64,000 nucleotides of DNA from Alphaproteobacteria bacterium (GTDB lineage Bacteria; Pseudomonadota; Alphaproteobacteria; JAAXGF01): contig CAUVXB020000002.1 of the NCBI GenBank assembly GCA_963555825.3, forward strand, positions 2,720,001 through 2,784,000. Direction: 5' to 3'. Numbering within the stretch: position 1 is the first letter of the stretch; each line of letters starts with the position of its first letter. The notes beneath the pieces are model-generated. The model was not told the origin of the DNA. It made no database searches and was given only the letters and a program-made list of their open reading frames with translations. A program made the position numbers and the translations under genes. This document shows positions 34,343 through 43,858 of this stretch, one piece after another.

Positions 34343-34531
34343 TTTGCATCTCCGCTTGATAGGGTTGAGACACCGCCCGGTGGGAACTCTCTTGTCCCTT
34401 GGGCGCGTCGCCCTTCTCTTTGCCTTCCTCAAACTCTCGTGGACGCGGGTCGAGGCAGGCCGGAGTGTTCGGTGGCATGGCACGGTTTTGCCCGGAAAGA
34501 TTCTGAGCGCGGGCAGACGCCCCGCGGGTCG

Positions 34532-34846
34532 TCAGGTAGCTGCGTCGTTCGCGTCCATGATGACGATGACGGTGTCGTCGAGGCTGCCCCTCGCGCTCAT
34601 GAGCATGTTCTCCAAATGGAGAAGCCGATGGCGGAGCCCGGCGCGTTCGCCGCGGGACGGATTGCCGGGCAGGCGCATGATGGCGTTCCGCAGCTCGGCG
34701 AAGCGTTCCGCCAGATCCTTCATGCGTGCGGCGGCCTCGCGGGCGCCGGTCCGGGCTTCCGGCAGGAAACCGCCAGGATCTGGCCAAGCGCCGGGCACAG
34801 TGTTGAAATCGTCGGCGCCACGGTGCGATGTGAGGGTATCGAGCAT
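34532..34846 (-). CDS. Small helical hypothetical protein
   Basis: GGAG RBS before ATG 34846. Amphipathic helical C-terminal half. Confidence 0.6.
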   Translation of the reverse strand: MLDTLTSHRGADDFNTVPGAWPDPGGFLPEARTGAREAAARMKDLAERFAELRNAIMRLPGNPSRGERAGLRHRLLHLENMLMSARGSLDDTVIVIMDANDAAT

Positions 34847-35210
34847 CTGGGTCTCCGTGGATTGTAAAACAGGGTGGCGGCGATACCGGGGGAAGTGGCT
34901 CCCCCGCGCACCGCCCGGATCGCCCCTGCCGTGCTGCTCCCGGCCTCTCCGTGCCGCGTCGTGCGGTTGGCCAGGGTCGTGCGGAAACGGTGCCCACGTT
35001 TCCCGTCTGCTGCTGTCATGCAGCCCGCGGTGATGGTGGACCGGGCACCGGTCGAATCCAAGCCGCGCGCCGGGCGGCCGCAATTCTCAACATGGCGGGT
35101 TGGATTGTTCGAGCCGGCCGGCGGCGCAAAGGCGCAAATTCGCCGAGGCCGGGCGGGGGACGGCAACAACCGTTCGGACGCCCCGTGGCGGATACAGGGG
35201 AACGTGTGAT

Positions 35211-35489
35211 TTACGCTGAGTGCGTTGCTGCCGCTGGCCGGCGTTCGAGGATGCGGCCGGGGCCGATGTATTCGGGCACGAACCCACCCGGGCGCCAGGA
35301 AACGGCCCCGAGGCTGCAGCCCATGCGGTTGAACGCCGCGAGGCCGCCGCCGGCCGGTCCCTCGATCCCGATCCGCCCGGCCCACCCCGGTTGCCGCCTT
35401 GCGAGGCGCCAGCCATCAGCGGTATCGCTTCGTGTATTCCGGCCGGCCGCCTCGGTGCCTGTCGAGCGATCCCGCCGAACGCCGATCAA
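35211..35489 (-). CDS. Hypothetical protein
   Basis: TTG start overlaps the stop of the upstream zinc-finger gene. No motif recognised. Confidence 0.35.
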   Translation of the reverse strand: MIGVRRDRSTGTEAAGRNTRSDTADGWRLARRQPGWAGRIGIEGPAGGGLAAFNRMGCSLGAVSWRPGGFVPEYIGPGRILERRPAAATHSA

Positions 35490-36301
35490 TACCCGATCAG
35501 GGCCGCCATGGGTGAAACGTCGGAAATCACTTCCACATCTTCACGGGACAACCGGGCGTACGCCAGGCTCATCGCCACTTCGGCCATGGAGTCCCATGTC
35601 CCGTGATCAGCGCCCGTCGCGATCTCGATGACCGTGTAGCGAGGCGGCAGGATCGGCAGGCCGCGATGCTCGTCCGAGCGCAGGTACGAGCGGCGGGCGC
35701 ACTCCGGGCACCGGGCCGCGCCCTGGGCCGGTGCGGCGCAATCTATGCAAAGCCCTCGCACCCGGCGCCGGACGTAACGCCGGCGGCCTCGGGCGTTCTT
35801 CGCCTTCTTCCTTGAGGGTTTGGCCGCGCTCCTGGCGCACCGTTCGCAACGCGCGCTGCCGTCGGGGGCGGGCGCACCGCATCTGCCGCACTCGCCAGCT
35901 GCACGCCGCGCGGCATATTGTTCCCGCTCGCTTTCACCCCTCACCTCGCGGCAGGGTTCGCACACCGTGCCGCCTTCCACGGGCTGTTGCTTTGCGCAAC
36001 GCGTGCACAGGCCAGCCTCCCGCCGTGCCCGGTCGCGCCGCTTGCTCCTGTCACTCGCGCTCCTGCGGCACCGTTCGGCATCTCTGCCGGCGTAAAGTAT
36101 GCCGGCTGCCCTGGCCTTCGCGCACCTTGCGCGCTCGGCCTGGCGCCGCTTCTCGCCGCAACACTGGCACAAGCTGTGATCCGCCACGGGCCGGGCCTCT
36201 CCGCATCTTGGACACATGCCGCGGGAGAGGCGTTCGGCGGTAATGCGTTCATAACGCCGCCGCCCGCCCGCACGTTCTTTATCGGGGTCTTTGTATGGCA
36301 T
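35486..36301 (-). CDS. Basic protein with four CxxC-x(9-11)-CxxC zinc-finger repeats
   Basis: GGAGG RBS, MPYKDP start. Repeats GMCPRC..CQCC, GLCTRC..CEPC, GECGRC..CERC, GLCIDC..CPEC. Confidence 0.8.
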   Translation of the reverse strand: MPYKDPDKERAGGRRRYERITAERLSRGMCPRCGEARPVADHSLCQCCGEKRRQAERARCAKARAAGILYAGRDAERCRRSASDRSKRRDRARREAGLCTRCAKQQPVEGGTVCEPCREVRGESEREQYAARRAAGECGRCGAPAPDGSARCERCARSAAKPSRKKAKNARGRRRYVRRRVRGLCIDCAAPAQGAARCPECARRSYLRSDEHRGLPILPPRYTVIEIATGADHGTWDSMAEVAMSLAYARLSREDVEVISDVSPMAALIGY

Positions 36302-36393
36302 GTTCCTCCCTTCCGCGGTTGTAGTCCTGACGAAGGACGTCCGGCCCGCCTGCGGCGCCTTCGGCCGGCGGAGCATCTCCGGGGGCAAGCCGC

Positions 36394-36717
36394 TTAGCGC
36401 CCCTTGCGCTGGCGCTCCGCGAACAGGCCCGTTGCCGCCGATCCCCAATACTGGATGCCGGAGCCGGCGATCTTCAAGCCGGTGCACACGATGATCTCGT
36501 CCCGCTCCGGCCGCATGCGCTGGACGGCGCTGAGCGACATCACCTGGCGCGGTTGCTTGCCGGTCTTCGACTTGCCCTTGCAGGGCCAACGGACGATCTC
36601 GCCGTCGAACGTCGACTTGTACCGCTCGACGACATAGCGGTTATCGTCGAGACCGAGCTTGAACATATGGATGAGAAAGGTGCGCGCGCTGGCGCCGGGC
36701 GCCGTGACTGTCTGCAT
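36394..36717 (-). CDS. Hypothetical protein
   Basis: GGAG RBS before ATG 36717, protein-like composition, co-oriented with the cluster. Confidence 0.6.
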   Translation of the reverse strand: MQTVTAPGASARTFLIHMFKLGLDDNRYVVERYKSTFDGEIVRWPCKGKSKTGKQPRQVMSLSAVQRMRPERDEIIVCTGLKIAGSGIQYWGSAATGLFAERQRKGR

Positions 36718-36915
36718 GATGCCGTCTCCCCTGGGATCGGTGGTTGCGAGCGGCGGGGACGCCCTCCCGGACATCCATCCGCCGCCCTGCTCCCGGCCAG
36801 GCTCGACCTCTCGGAGCTGCGGCGGCGCAACCACGGCTGGATGACGGGGACATGGCGCAAGCCGTCGCCCCATGGCAACGATGGGTAGCGGACTAAAGCG
36901 CAATCAAGGTCGCGG

Positions 36916-37104
36916 ATGATGGAGGCGGCGATGGCGAGCATGAAGAATGTGCTAACGCCGGAGATCGCGGCCGAGATCAAGAAGCTGGCGGCGAGCACCG
37001 ATCTCTACCAGCACGAGATCGCTGTCTTGGTGAAATTGAACCAGGGGCGCGTGAGCGAAGTGCTCGCTGGGAAGCGGTTCCAAGAAGTCCTGCCGGCAAC
37101 GTGA
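36916..37104 (+). CDS. Small helix-turn-helix protein
   Basis: LYQHEIAVLVKLNQGRVSEVLAGK is an HTH pattern. A terminator follows. Confidence 0.75.
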   Translation: MMEAAMASMKNVLTPEIAAEIKKLAASTDLYQHEIAVLVKLNQGRVSEVLAGKRFQEVLPAT

Positions 37105-37129
37105 CCAGGACCACGCCGGGTAACAAGAC

Positions 37130-37160
37130 GGGGAGCGGCGAACGCCGCTTCCCCTTTTTT
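37130..37160 (+). terminator. Intrinsic terminator
   Basis: GGGGAGCGGC-GAAC-GCCGCTTCCCC followed by TTTTTT. Confidence 0.75.
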
Positions 37161-37253
37161 GGTGCCGTCGAATAGTGTGGGTGACGATACCCCAGGCCTC
37201 GAGCACCTGGAGCGTTTACTAACTAAATGGCGGCCAGTTGCAGAGCACCGAGC

Positions 37254-37694
37254 CTAACGATTTTCTAGCGACCACCCGGTAGGCGCGACCGGAAAGTCGC
37301 CAGTCATTGTACCGACGTGGTAGACTGTCATGTTTTGTAGACAGCCCTTCGCGCGATTCGGATTGCGCGATTTGGACTTCGTGAACAACGTACCACTGAG
37401 CAACCGCTTCCGCTTCTTCTTTCCGTTAAGCTCGTAATTCGTTATGCAATACTGAAGTTGCGTCATGGCAGGTGGGAGTTGTTCATCTTCGAATTGTGAA
37501 CGCATCGCCTCCAAGAATTTCCCAGATGTCTTCTTAATCTCTAGTTCGAAATCCGCATCGTGTGGGTAGCTGTTCTTGTAGTATCCACAAATCTGGCTGC
37601 AAACCTGACCGAGGGAATCGCCAGACACCATATGGATTTTGACTGCGCTCACCACACACATGTCGAACACATCCTGCGGCATATAGCTAGCCAT
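37254..37694 (-). CDS. Hypothetical protein (lower GC)
   Basis: 146-aa ORF in a visibly AT-richer segment. No motif recognised. Confidence 0.55.
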   Translation of the reverse strand: MASYMPQDVFDMCVVSAVKIHMVSGDSLGQVCSQICGYYKNSYPHDADFELEIKKTSGKFLEAMRSQFEDEQLPPAMTQLQYCITNYELNGKKKRKRLLSGTLFTKSKSRNPNRAKGCLQNMTVYHVGTMTGDFPVAPTGWSLENR

Positions 37695-38051
37695 TGGATC
37701 GGGTCCAGTTCGTTGACATGGGCGGGTCCCCTCCCGGTTGGAGGGAGGGCGCACTTGACGGCGCGAGGGCGGTAGATAGCTTGCCCACGGCTCTGTGCGG
37801 TTCGGTGCGCTCTCCCAAAGGTGACACCGGACCCCTTGCTAGGCCGGGACCGGCCTCATCCGATTTTGGGTAGTGTATTCATTTGACTTTCACGGCAAGC
37901 CGTAAAATATTGACGGACGCTGTAGCTTACAGCAAGCTACAGTACTAACCAGGATATGATGAGGCTGATTATGCCAGTAGGACCAAACGGAGAAAAGAGA
38001 CCAGTTAGCTCGGTTTCCAGTGTGGTTAAAGCCATGAGAGTGGCTACCTTT

Positions 38052-38489
38052 CTAAAAATCCGAAACTGACTTCACTTTCTTCTTAGATTTCTTAACGCGC
38101 CGTACAGGCACTTGTTTGTCAATCCGAGGCTTTCCGTCCACGTATTCCTCTTTTTTAATTTCAAGCGTACCCGAGAATTTCCAGATTTCGGTCTCATAAC
38201 CTTTGGCCTTTTGGTACCAAAACCCTTCGGTGGCACATTCCTCTAGGGAGCACTTAGGTTTGAGTATGTAGATGATTGTTTGAAGGTCATCATCGTCTAT
38301 ATGGTCCACTTTGTAATGCCCTTCGGGTTGTATTCTAGCCGTTTTTCTAAATTCCCACGGGATACCGGTCTCATAGTTACGACCATGAAAATCAAACGAT
38401 ACCTCATCATGTCTGACAATCATTCTCTCAACCTCGAGAGAAAATGCATTAGGTTCAACGTCTAGCATTCCTGTGTACTTAATATTCAT
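38052..38489 (-). CDS. Hypothetical protein (low GC); upstream region replaced by IS256
   Basis: 145-aa AT-rich ORF with a Lys-rich tail. IS256 IR begins 4 bp upstream of the ATG. Confidence 0.55.
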   Translation of the reverse strand: MNIKYTGMLDVEPNAFSLEVERMIVRHDEVSFDFHGRNYETGIPWEFRKTARIQPEGHYKVDHIDDDDLQTIIYILKPKCSLEECATEGFWYQKAKGYETEIWKFSGTLEIKKEEYVDGKPRIDKQVPVRRVKKSKKKVKSVSDF

Positions 38490-38492
38490 GAT

Positions 38493-39930
38493 GGGGATGT
38501 CCCGGTATTTGTTGAAACTTTGAATTAGGGTGGCGTTGCTTCCCCTGAGCCGTAGGCTCGGGGTGCTTAAACCAAGAAAGGAAGCAACACCATGAAGACG
38601 ACTACCACATCCGCGACCGCGCTGGCCAGTGCGGCGAATGTTCACGCCCTTGTTAAAGAGGCCTTTGACGCGGTCGGGGCGAGCTTTGAGCGGTTCTGCC
38701 TGATGGCTGGCATTGAAAGCCTGACACAGATGCTGGGAGAAGACGTGGACACGCTTGCGGGTGGGCGATATGAGCACCGTCCAGACAAGCCTGGCTACCG
38801 ATGGGGTCAGGCCAAGGCGCAGGTTGGGTTCCATGGGGGCAAGATCGAAGTTGATCGCCCGCGTGTCCGCAACAAGGCGACGGGTAAAGAGATGACGCTG
38901 CCGAGTTGGGAAGAGATTGCCGCTGGCGGCTTTCTCGATCAGTGGGCCGTGAACCTGATGGTGATGAACGTCGCGACCCGACAATTTGGCCGGGCGGTGC
39001 GCCTGCCGGAAGCCCGGGTTCCGGCACAAGTTGGCAGCGGGCTTTCAAAGTCTGCGGTCTCACGTCGCTTCAAGGCCCTGACGCAGGCGCATTTCAATGA
39101 TTGGATGGGGTCCGATCTGTCCGAGCACGACATCATTGCGATCCAGATCGACGGACTGCATCTGGACGATCGCCTATTGATGATCGGAGCCGTCGGCATT
39201 GACGTTTTGGGGGAAAAGCACCCTCTGGGCGTCATTGAGGGGGCCACAGAGAACACCGCTACCGTGCAGGCCCTGCTCGATAACCTGATTGAGCGCGGCC
39301 TTGATCCGGAGGGCTGTTACCTCTTCATCGTGGACGGTGCCAAAGCGCTCACCAAGGCCATCCGGCGTACCTTCGGCGCAGACATCCCCATTCAGCGTTG
39401 CCAGATCCACAAGGCTCGCAACATTACCGACAGGCTCGACCCGAAGCATCACGCAGCTGTGCGACGTGCTCTGAAGCAGGCATGGGAACTGGATGACGCC
39501 GACAAGGCTGAGCGCTTGATGCGCAATCTGGCGCGGAGGCTGGAGATGGAAGCGCCGGATGTGTCGAAATCGATCCTCGAAGGCATCGATGAAATCCTGA
39601 CTGTCGTCAGACTTGGCCTTCCGTTGGAATTGCGGCGCTCACTGGCCAGTACCAACATCATTGAATCCATGAACAGCGTTATCCGCCGCGTCTGCCGAAA
39701 TGTGAAGCGCTGGCGGGATGCAAAAATGGCCTTGCGCTGGACTTCCGCCGGGATGTTCGAAGCGCAGAAAGGCTTTCGCCGCATCAAAGCATACAAGCAA
39801 CTGCCCATTCTCAAGCAAGCTCTCATCGATCACCGCGAAAAAGCCAAACTTGACCAGTTGAAGGACGCAGCATAACCTCCCATCAAGCAGCGCCGCTCAG
39901 GCGAGTTTCAACACAGACTGGGACATTCCC
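38493..39930 (+). mobile_element. IS256-family element (copy A)
   Basis: IRs GGGGATGTCCCGGTATTTGTTGAAACT / AGTTTCAACACAGACTGGGACATTCCC, no target duplication. Confidence 0.88.
38592..39875 (+). CDS. IS256-family (mutator) transposase
   Basis: RPRVR, SKSAVSRRF, IQIDG, FIVDGAKAL, QRCQIHK.RNI, STNIIES.NS. Confidence 0.93.
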   Translation: MKTTTTSATALASAANVHALVKEAFDAVGASFERFCLMAGIESLTQMLGEDVDTLAGGRYEHRPDKPGYRWGQAKAQVGFHGGKIEVDRPRVRNKATGKEMTLPSWEEIAAGGFLDQWAVNLMVMNVATRQFGRAVRLPEARVPAQVGSGLSKSAVSRRFKALTQAHFNDWMGSDLSEHDIIAIQIDGLHLDDRLLMIGAVGIDVLGEKHPLGVIEGATENTATVQALLDNLIERGLDPEGCYLFIVDGAKALTKAIRRTFGADIPIQRCQIHKARNITDRLDPKHHAAVRRALKQAWELDDADKAERLMRNLARRLEMEAPDVSKSILEGIDEILTVVRLGLPLELRRSLASTNIIESMNSVIRRVCRNVKRWRDAKMALRWTSAGMFEAQKGFRRIKAYKQLPILKQALIDHREKAKLDQLKDAA

Positions 39931-40063
39931 CAAGCTCGGCATGGCCCAGTGCAACATCGTCCAACTGCTGCAAGGACAGCTCGAGGCAGCACACCTGGTG
40001 ACCCGCTTCCTTGAGCCACGCTGCCGGCTGCGCGAGGGCGAAGGGTTGGCGGCCCAGCTCATA
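39931..40063 (-). pseudogene. Fragment of a B12-binding radical SAM protein N-terminus (CUAEP/CCAEP-tail type)
   Basis: Manual translation: YELGRQPFALAQPAAWLKEAGHQVCCLELSLQQL. Family assigned from memory of the motif. Confidence 0.55.
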
Positions 40064-40670
40064 CGGAACCTGTCAACGACTTTGAGACAGTGACGATTAC
40101 GATTTACTGAGCAGTTTCTCCTGTTGTGGGTGTCACAGGTGGGTTGATCCAGACGGCTTGGGGAAGGGGATCCGGTTGTGGGATCCCTCGAACGAAGCGT
40201 TCGGGATGACGGGTCCAGGCGGCTTGCAGGGTCCGCCCGCGCTGCTCCAACACGCTCTGGGTTCGATTGTGATGCACGTCGTCCGGGGTGAGCATCGCGA
40301 TCCCGCCATGGCGATGTTCGGTGTTGTACCAAGGGAAGAACGTTCGGCAGAAGGCGATCGCGGCGGTGATGTCGTGGAAGCGGCCAGGGAAGCCGGGGTG
40401 GTACTTCAGGGTCTTGAACTGCGCCTCGGAGAAGGGGTTGTCGTCGGACACCTGAGGGCGGCTCAGTGAACGGGTCACGCCGAGGTCGGCGAGCAGTTGT
40501 GCGGTGCACTTGCTCGTCATCGGCGCGCCGCGGTCGGAGTGCAGGGTGAGCACCTGGGGCTGGACGCCCTGTTTGTGGCAGGTCTCTTCGATGAGACGAC
40601 CGGCCAGCGCCGAGTTCTCCCGGTCTGCGACCATCCAGCCGACCGCGTAGCGGCTGAAGATGTCGAGCAC
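40064..40670 (-). pseudogene. IS3-family OrfB 3' remnant with right end
   Basis: LDIFSRY.VGW, LHSDRG, SDDNPFSEAQFKTLKY, WYNTEHRH. End TGTCTCAAAGTCGTTGACAGGTTCCG. Confidence 0.88.
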
Positions 40671-40689
40671 GGAGCTATAGCTGAATCTT

Positions 40690-42490
40690 GACGGGGCGGT
40701 AAAAAGTTGTTGGCCGATGGCGTGCTTGTACAGGTCTTTGCGGTTCGGTGAAGAATATTTGCCTGTCTCCGCGTTGCTGGTGGATAAAACCTGATATTAC
40801 CTACCCTTGGCTTCTCCTTGGCTTCGTTTTTTATGGTGCGATTGCCGCGCAGCGTCGGATATTGAGGCCGAGGGCACGCAGATTGACCACGTAGCGCATG
40901 GCCGGCATGCCGCGAATGCGTAGGTGAGCCAGGTTCATCTGGTACTTTAATCGCGACATGGTCGCTTCTATGCCGGCCCGCCATCTGTAGACGTCGCGGA
41001 AGGCATCGCTTTGTTCATAAAGCCGGCGCTTTTGGTTGGCAGCCCTGGCCGGGGTATATTGAAAGCGGGAAAATTGGCCGTCACGCTTGGCCGCCTGCAC
41101 GGGACATCGCAGTATATCGGGACATTTTTGGCAGATGGAGAGGTCGAAACGGGCCTGCAGCTTGGCTTTGGCGAGCGAGGCTGAAACCGGTTCGACGTTA
41201 TTGGGACAGCGCAAGACCAAGCCTTCTTCGTTGAGAGTGAAATCCTCCAACGTCAACCGTCCCGAGACGGCGCCTTTCGGCGGTCGTGCGGGCGCCACGA
41301 GATTGATGTTCTGTTCGCGCGTCAGAGCCATGTTGTCACTGGAACCGTAATGTGAATCACCCAGCATCACCGCCGGCGTCAGCGCGCGCTCGCTCAGATC
41401 ATCCAGCGCATCGGCTAAGCGATGGCCGTCATGCACCGTCATCTTGTGGACCTCCACGTGGGTGATGAGGTCCGGTGTCGCGGCAACCGCCTCGTTACTG
41501 ACATCTTCACAATAGGTTTCGACGATCTGCGCCATGTATCCTTGACCCTTGTGCGCGTTGTAGCTCGCGTCCGGGTCGGCCGGATTGCCGACGGTATCGC
41601 ACGGCACATCCTTTGGATCTCGAATCGCGGCGCGCGTTGCGTCACGATCGCCATACTCATCATCAACGATCTCGAACTGATCGCGCAGAACCCTCTCCAG
41701 GATCGCAAAACTGAAAAGCTTTGCCGCCGCCGTGTCACGGAATTGCAGCACCAGGGCTAGGAGATACTGACCCGCTTCGCCGAGGCGCCGTTTTGAAACA
41801 CTCGGCGCCGTATTCGCGAACGCGCCATTACCCTCGCGATCGACATAGCGGCGGATCACCTCCTTGCTGATCTGCTCGTGCAGACCGGGATGATATCGCT
41901 CAAGCTCACGGGCAAACTTCGAGATGCTCTCAACAACGATACCAAGTCGTGTCAGCGCCCGCATTGCCGAACGAAGGGCCGTCGAATCCATGCGTTGGTG
42001 GCTGGTATCGACAGAGAACCCCTGCACCAGCCGATCCGTCAAACACCGGAACAGCAATTCATCGAGACCTTGTTCGATAAACAGACGGCGATAGTTGCGC
42101 AGGGTTTTCTCACAGAAATAGCTGTCCGCTTCGCTGCGCACGTCCAAGGCATAGTGCCACGCCATATTGAAGGCCAGGGCCTCGACGGTCTCTGCATCGC
42201 TCAGATCGTGCAGCTGCTGCAAAAGCAAGACCCCGATGACAACGTGTAGATCCTTCGATGGTCGGCCCATGCGTTCATCAAGGTGACGGCAAAGATCGTC
42301 AACCGGAAGTTCGACAAGCAGATGGTTCCGAAAAACCCCGGCCCAGGATTGCTCCATCAGGCGCCGACGTTTGTCCCCGAAATCGGACCAGCGATCAAAC
42401 AATTCCCCAGTCCGTCGGTCGCGTAAAGTAAACATGCACAATTATAATCCAGCCGACTCTCATGAGGAATCGACTTTTTACCGCCCCGTC
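40690..42490 (-). mobile_element. IS1182/IS5-like insertion sequence
   Basis: Perfect 18-bp IRs GACGGGGCGGTAAAAAGT. 7-bp target duplication GAATCTT (40683-40689, 42491-42497). Confidence 0.9.
40831..42435 (-). CDS. IS1182-like DDE transposase
   Basis: GRPS..LLLQQLHDLSD, RMDST, NPADPDASY, GDSHYGS, Cys-rich insert, YRWRAGIEATMS. Confidence 0.88.
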   Translation of the reverse strand: MFTLRDRRTGELFDRWSDFGDKRRRLMEQSWAGVFRNHLLVELPVDDLCRHLDERMGRPSKDLHVVIGVLLLQQLHDLSDAETVEALAFNMAWHYALDVRSEADSYFCEKTLRNYRRLFIEQGLDELLFRCLTDRLVQGFSVDTSHQRMDSTALRSAMRALTRLGIVVESISKFARELERYHPGLHEQISKEVIRRYVDREGNGAFANTAPSVSKRRLGEAGQYLLALVLQFRDTAAAKLFSFAILERVLRDQFEIVDDEYGDRDATRAAIRDPKDVPCDTVGNPADPDASYNAHKGQGYMAQIVETYCEDVSNEAVAATPDLITHVEVHKMTVHDGHRLADALDDLSERALTPAVMLGDSHYGSSDNMALTREQNINLVAPARPPKGAVSGRLTLEDFTLNEEGLVLRCPNNVEPVSASLAKAKLQARFDLSICQKCPDILRCPVQAAKRDGQFSRFQYTPARAANQKRRLYEQSDAFRDVYRWRAGIEATMSRLKYQMNLAHLRIRGMPAMRYVVNLRALGLNIRRCAAIAP

Positions 42491-42569
42491 GAATCTTGGT
42501 GATGGAGAATGAAGGCGGCGTATCCTGGCGTTGATGAAGACGCCAATTTTCCGAAGAAAGGGATACGCC

Positions 42570-43826
42570 ATGAAAGACGATACAGTTGTTGCGTTGCGCC
42601 AGCCAGAGTCATTTTCCGACGATCCGCTGACGGAGATATTGCGCGCCGGCGCCCGGCAGTTGCTTGGCCAGGCGATTGAAGCGGAAGTTGCCGCCCATAT
42701 TGAAGCCCATGCCGATTTGACCGACGCTTCGGGCCGGCGCCGTATTGTCCGTCACGGGCACATGCCGGAACGCGAGGTTCAGACCGGGATCGGAGCTGTG
42801 ACGGTGAAGCGGCCAAGAGTGCGAGACCGAGATCCACAGGCCACGGGCGGGCGCATCCGTTTCACGTCATCGATCCTGCCGCCTTATCTCAGGCGCGCCA
42901 AGTCGGTCGAGGCGCTTCTGCCCTGGCTTTATCTGAAGGGCATCTCCAGCGGCGACTTTTCGGAGGCCCTGGCGGCGCTGCTGGGACCGGACGCGCCGGG
43001 CCTGACGGCCAGCACCATTGGCCGGCTGAAAGCGGTCTGGTGGGACGAATACGAAGCCTGGCAAAAGCGCGACCTTTCGGCTCGGCGCTACGTCTATTTT
43101 TGGGCCGACGGGGTCTACTTCTCGCCTCGCATGGACCATGACAAACAGTGTGTTCTGGTGATCATCGGCGCCGACGCCATGGGCAACAAGGACATCGTCG
43201 GCATGGTCGACGGTTATCGAGAGAGCGCGCAAAGCTGGAAGGAACTGCTGCTTGATCTCAAGCGCCGGGGCTTGGAGACCGGCCCCGAGTTGGCCGTCGG
43301 CGACGGCGCCTTGGGCTTCTGGAAGGCGCTACGCGAGGTTTACGGAGAGACCAGGGTGCAGCGTTGCTGGGTCCACAAGACCGCCAACGTGCTCAACCAG
43401 ATGCCCAAATCCCTGCAGGCCAAAGCCAAGGGCCATCTGCACGACATCTGGATGGCCGAGACTAGGGCCGACGCCGAAGCCGCCTTCGACTTCTTCATCG
43501 CAGCCTACGGCGCAAAATACCACAAGGCCGCAGAGCGCCTGGTCAAGGACCGTGAACGCCTGCTGAGCTTCTACGACTTCCCGGCCGAGCACTGGAAGCA
43601 CATCCGCACCACCAACCCCATCGAAAGCACCTTCGCCACGGTGCGCCTGAGGACCGTGAAGACCAAGGGGTGCCTGAGCCGCAAGACGGCGCTCGCCATG
43701 GCCTTCAAACTGATCTTGAGTGCCAGGCGGAAATGGCGGAAGCTGGACGGATCAAATCAACTCGCCGAACTCGTCGAAGGAGTGCCGTTCAAGGACGGAA
43801 TCAAGATAACCAAACACGCCGCCTGA
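42570..43826 (+). CDS. IS256-family transposase
   Basis: RPRVRDR, LYLKGISSGDF, YFWADGVY, GYRESAQSW, VGDGALGFW, QRCWVHK, RTTNPIESTF. Confidence 0.95.
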   Translation: MKDDTVVALRQPESFSDDPLTEILRAGARQLLGQAIEAEVAAHIEAHADLTDASGRRRIVRHGHMPEREVQTGIGAVTVKRPRVRDRDPQATGGRIRFTSSILPPYLRRAKSVEALLPWLYLKGISSGDFSEALAALLGPDAPGLTASTIGRLKAVWWDEYEAWQKRDLSARRYVYFWADGVYFSPRMDHDKQCVLVIIGADAMGNKDIVGMVDGYRESAQSWKELLLDLKRRGLETGPELAVGDGALGFWKALREVYGETRVQRCWVHKTANVLNQMPKSLQAKAKGHLHDIWMAETRADAEAAFDFFIAAYGAKYHKAAERLVKDRERLLSFYDFPAEHWKHIRTTNPIESTFATVRLRTVKTKGCLSRKTALAMAFKLILSARRKWRKLDGSNQLAELVEGVPFKDGIKITKHAA

Positions 43827-43858
43827 TAGCTCCGTCACCAACTTTCGGACATAGCTCC

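Larger units (their letters stand above)
40671..43858 (+). mobile_element. IS256-family element (copy B), left IR split by a nested IS
   Basis: Rejoined left end GGAGCTATAGCTGAATCTTGGTGATGGAG matches the right-end reverse complement GGAGCTATGTCCGAAAGTTGGTGACGGAG. Confidence 0.85.

Noticed and set aside
38052-39029. 325-aa ORF
   Set aside because: The N-terminal part is antisense to IS256. Only 38052-38489 is plausible.
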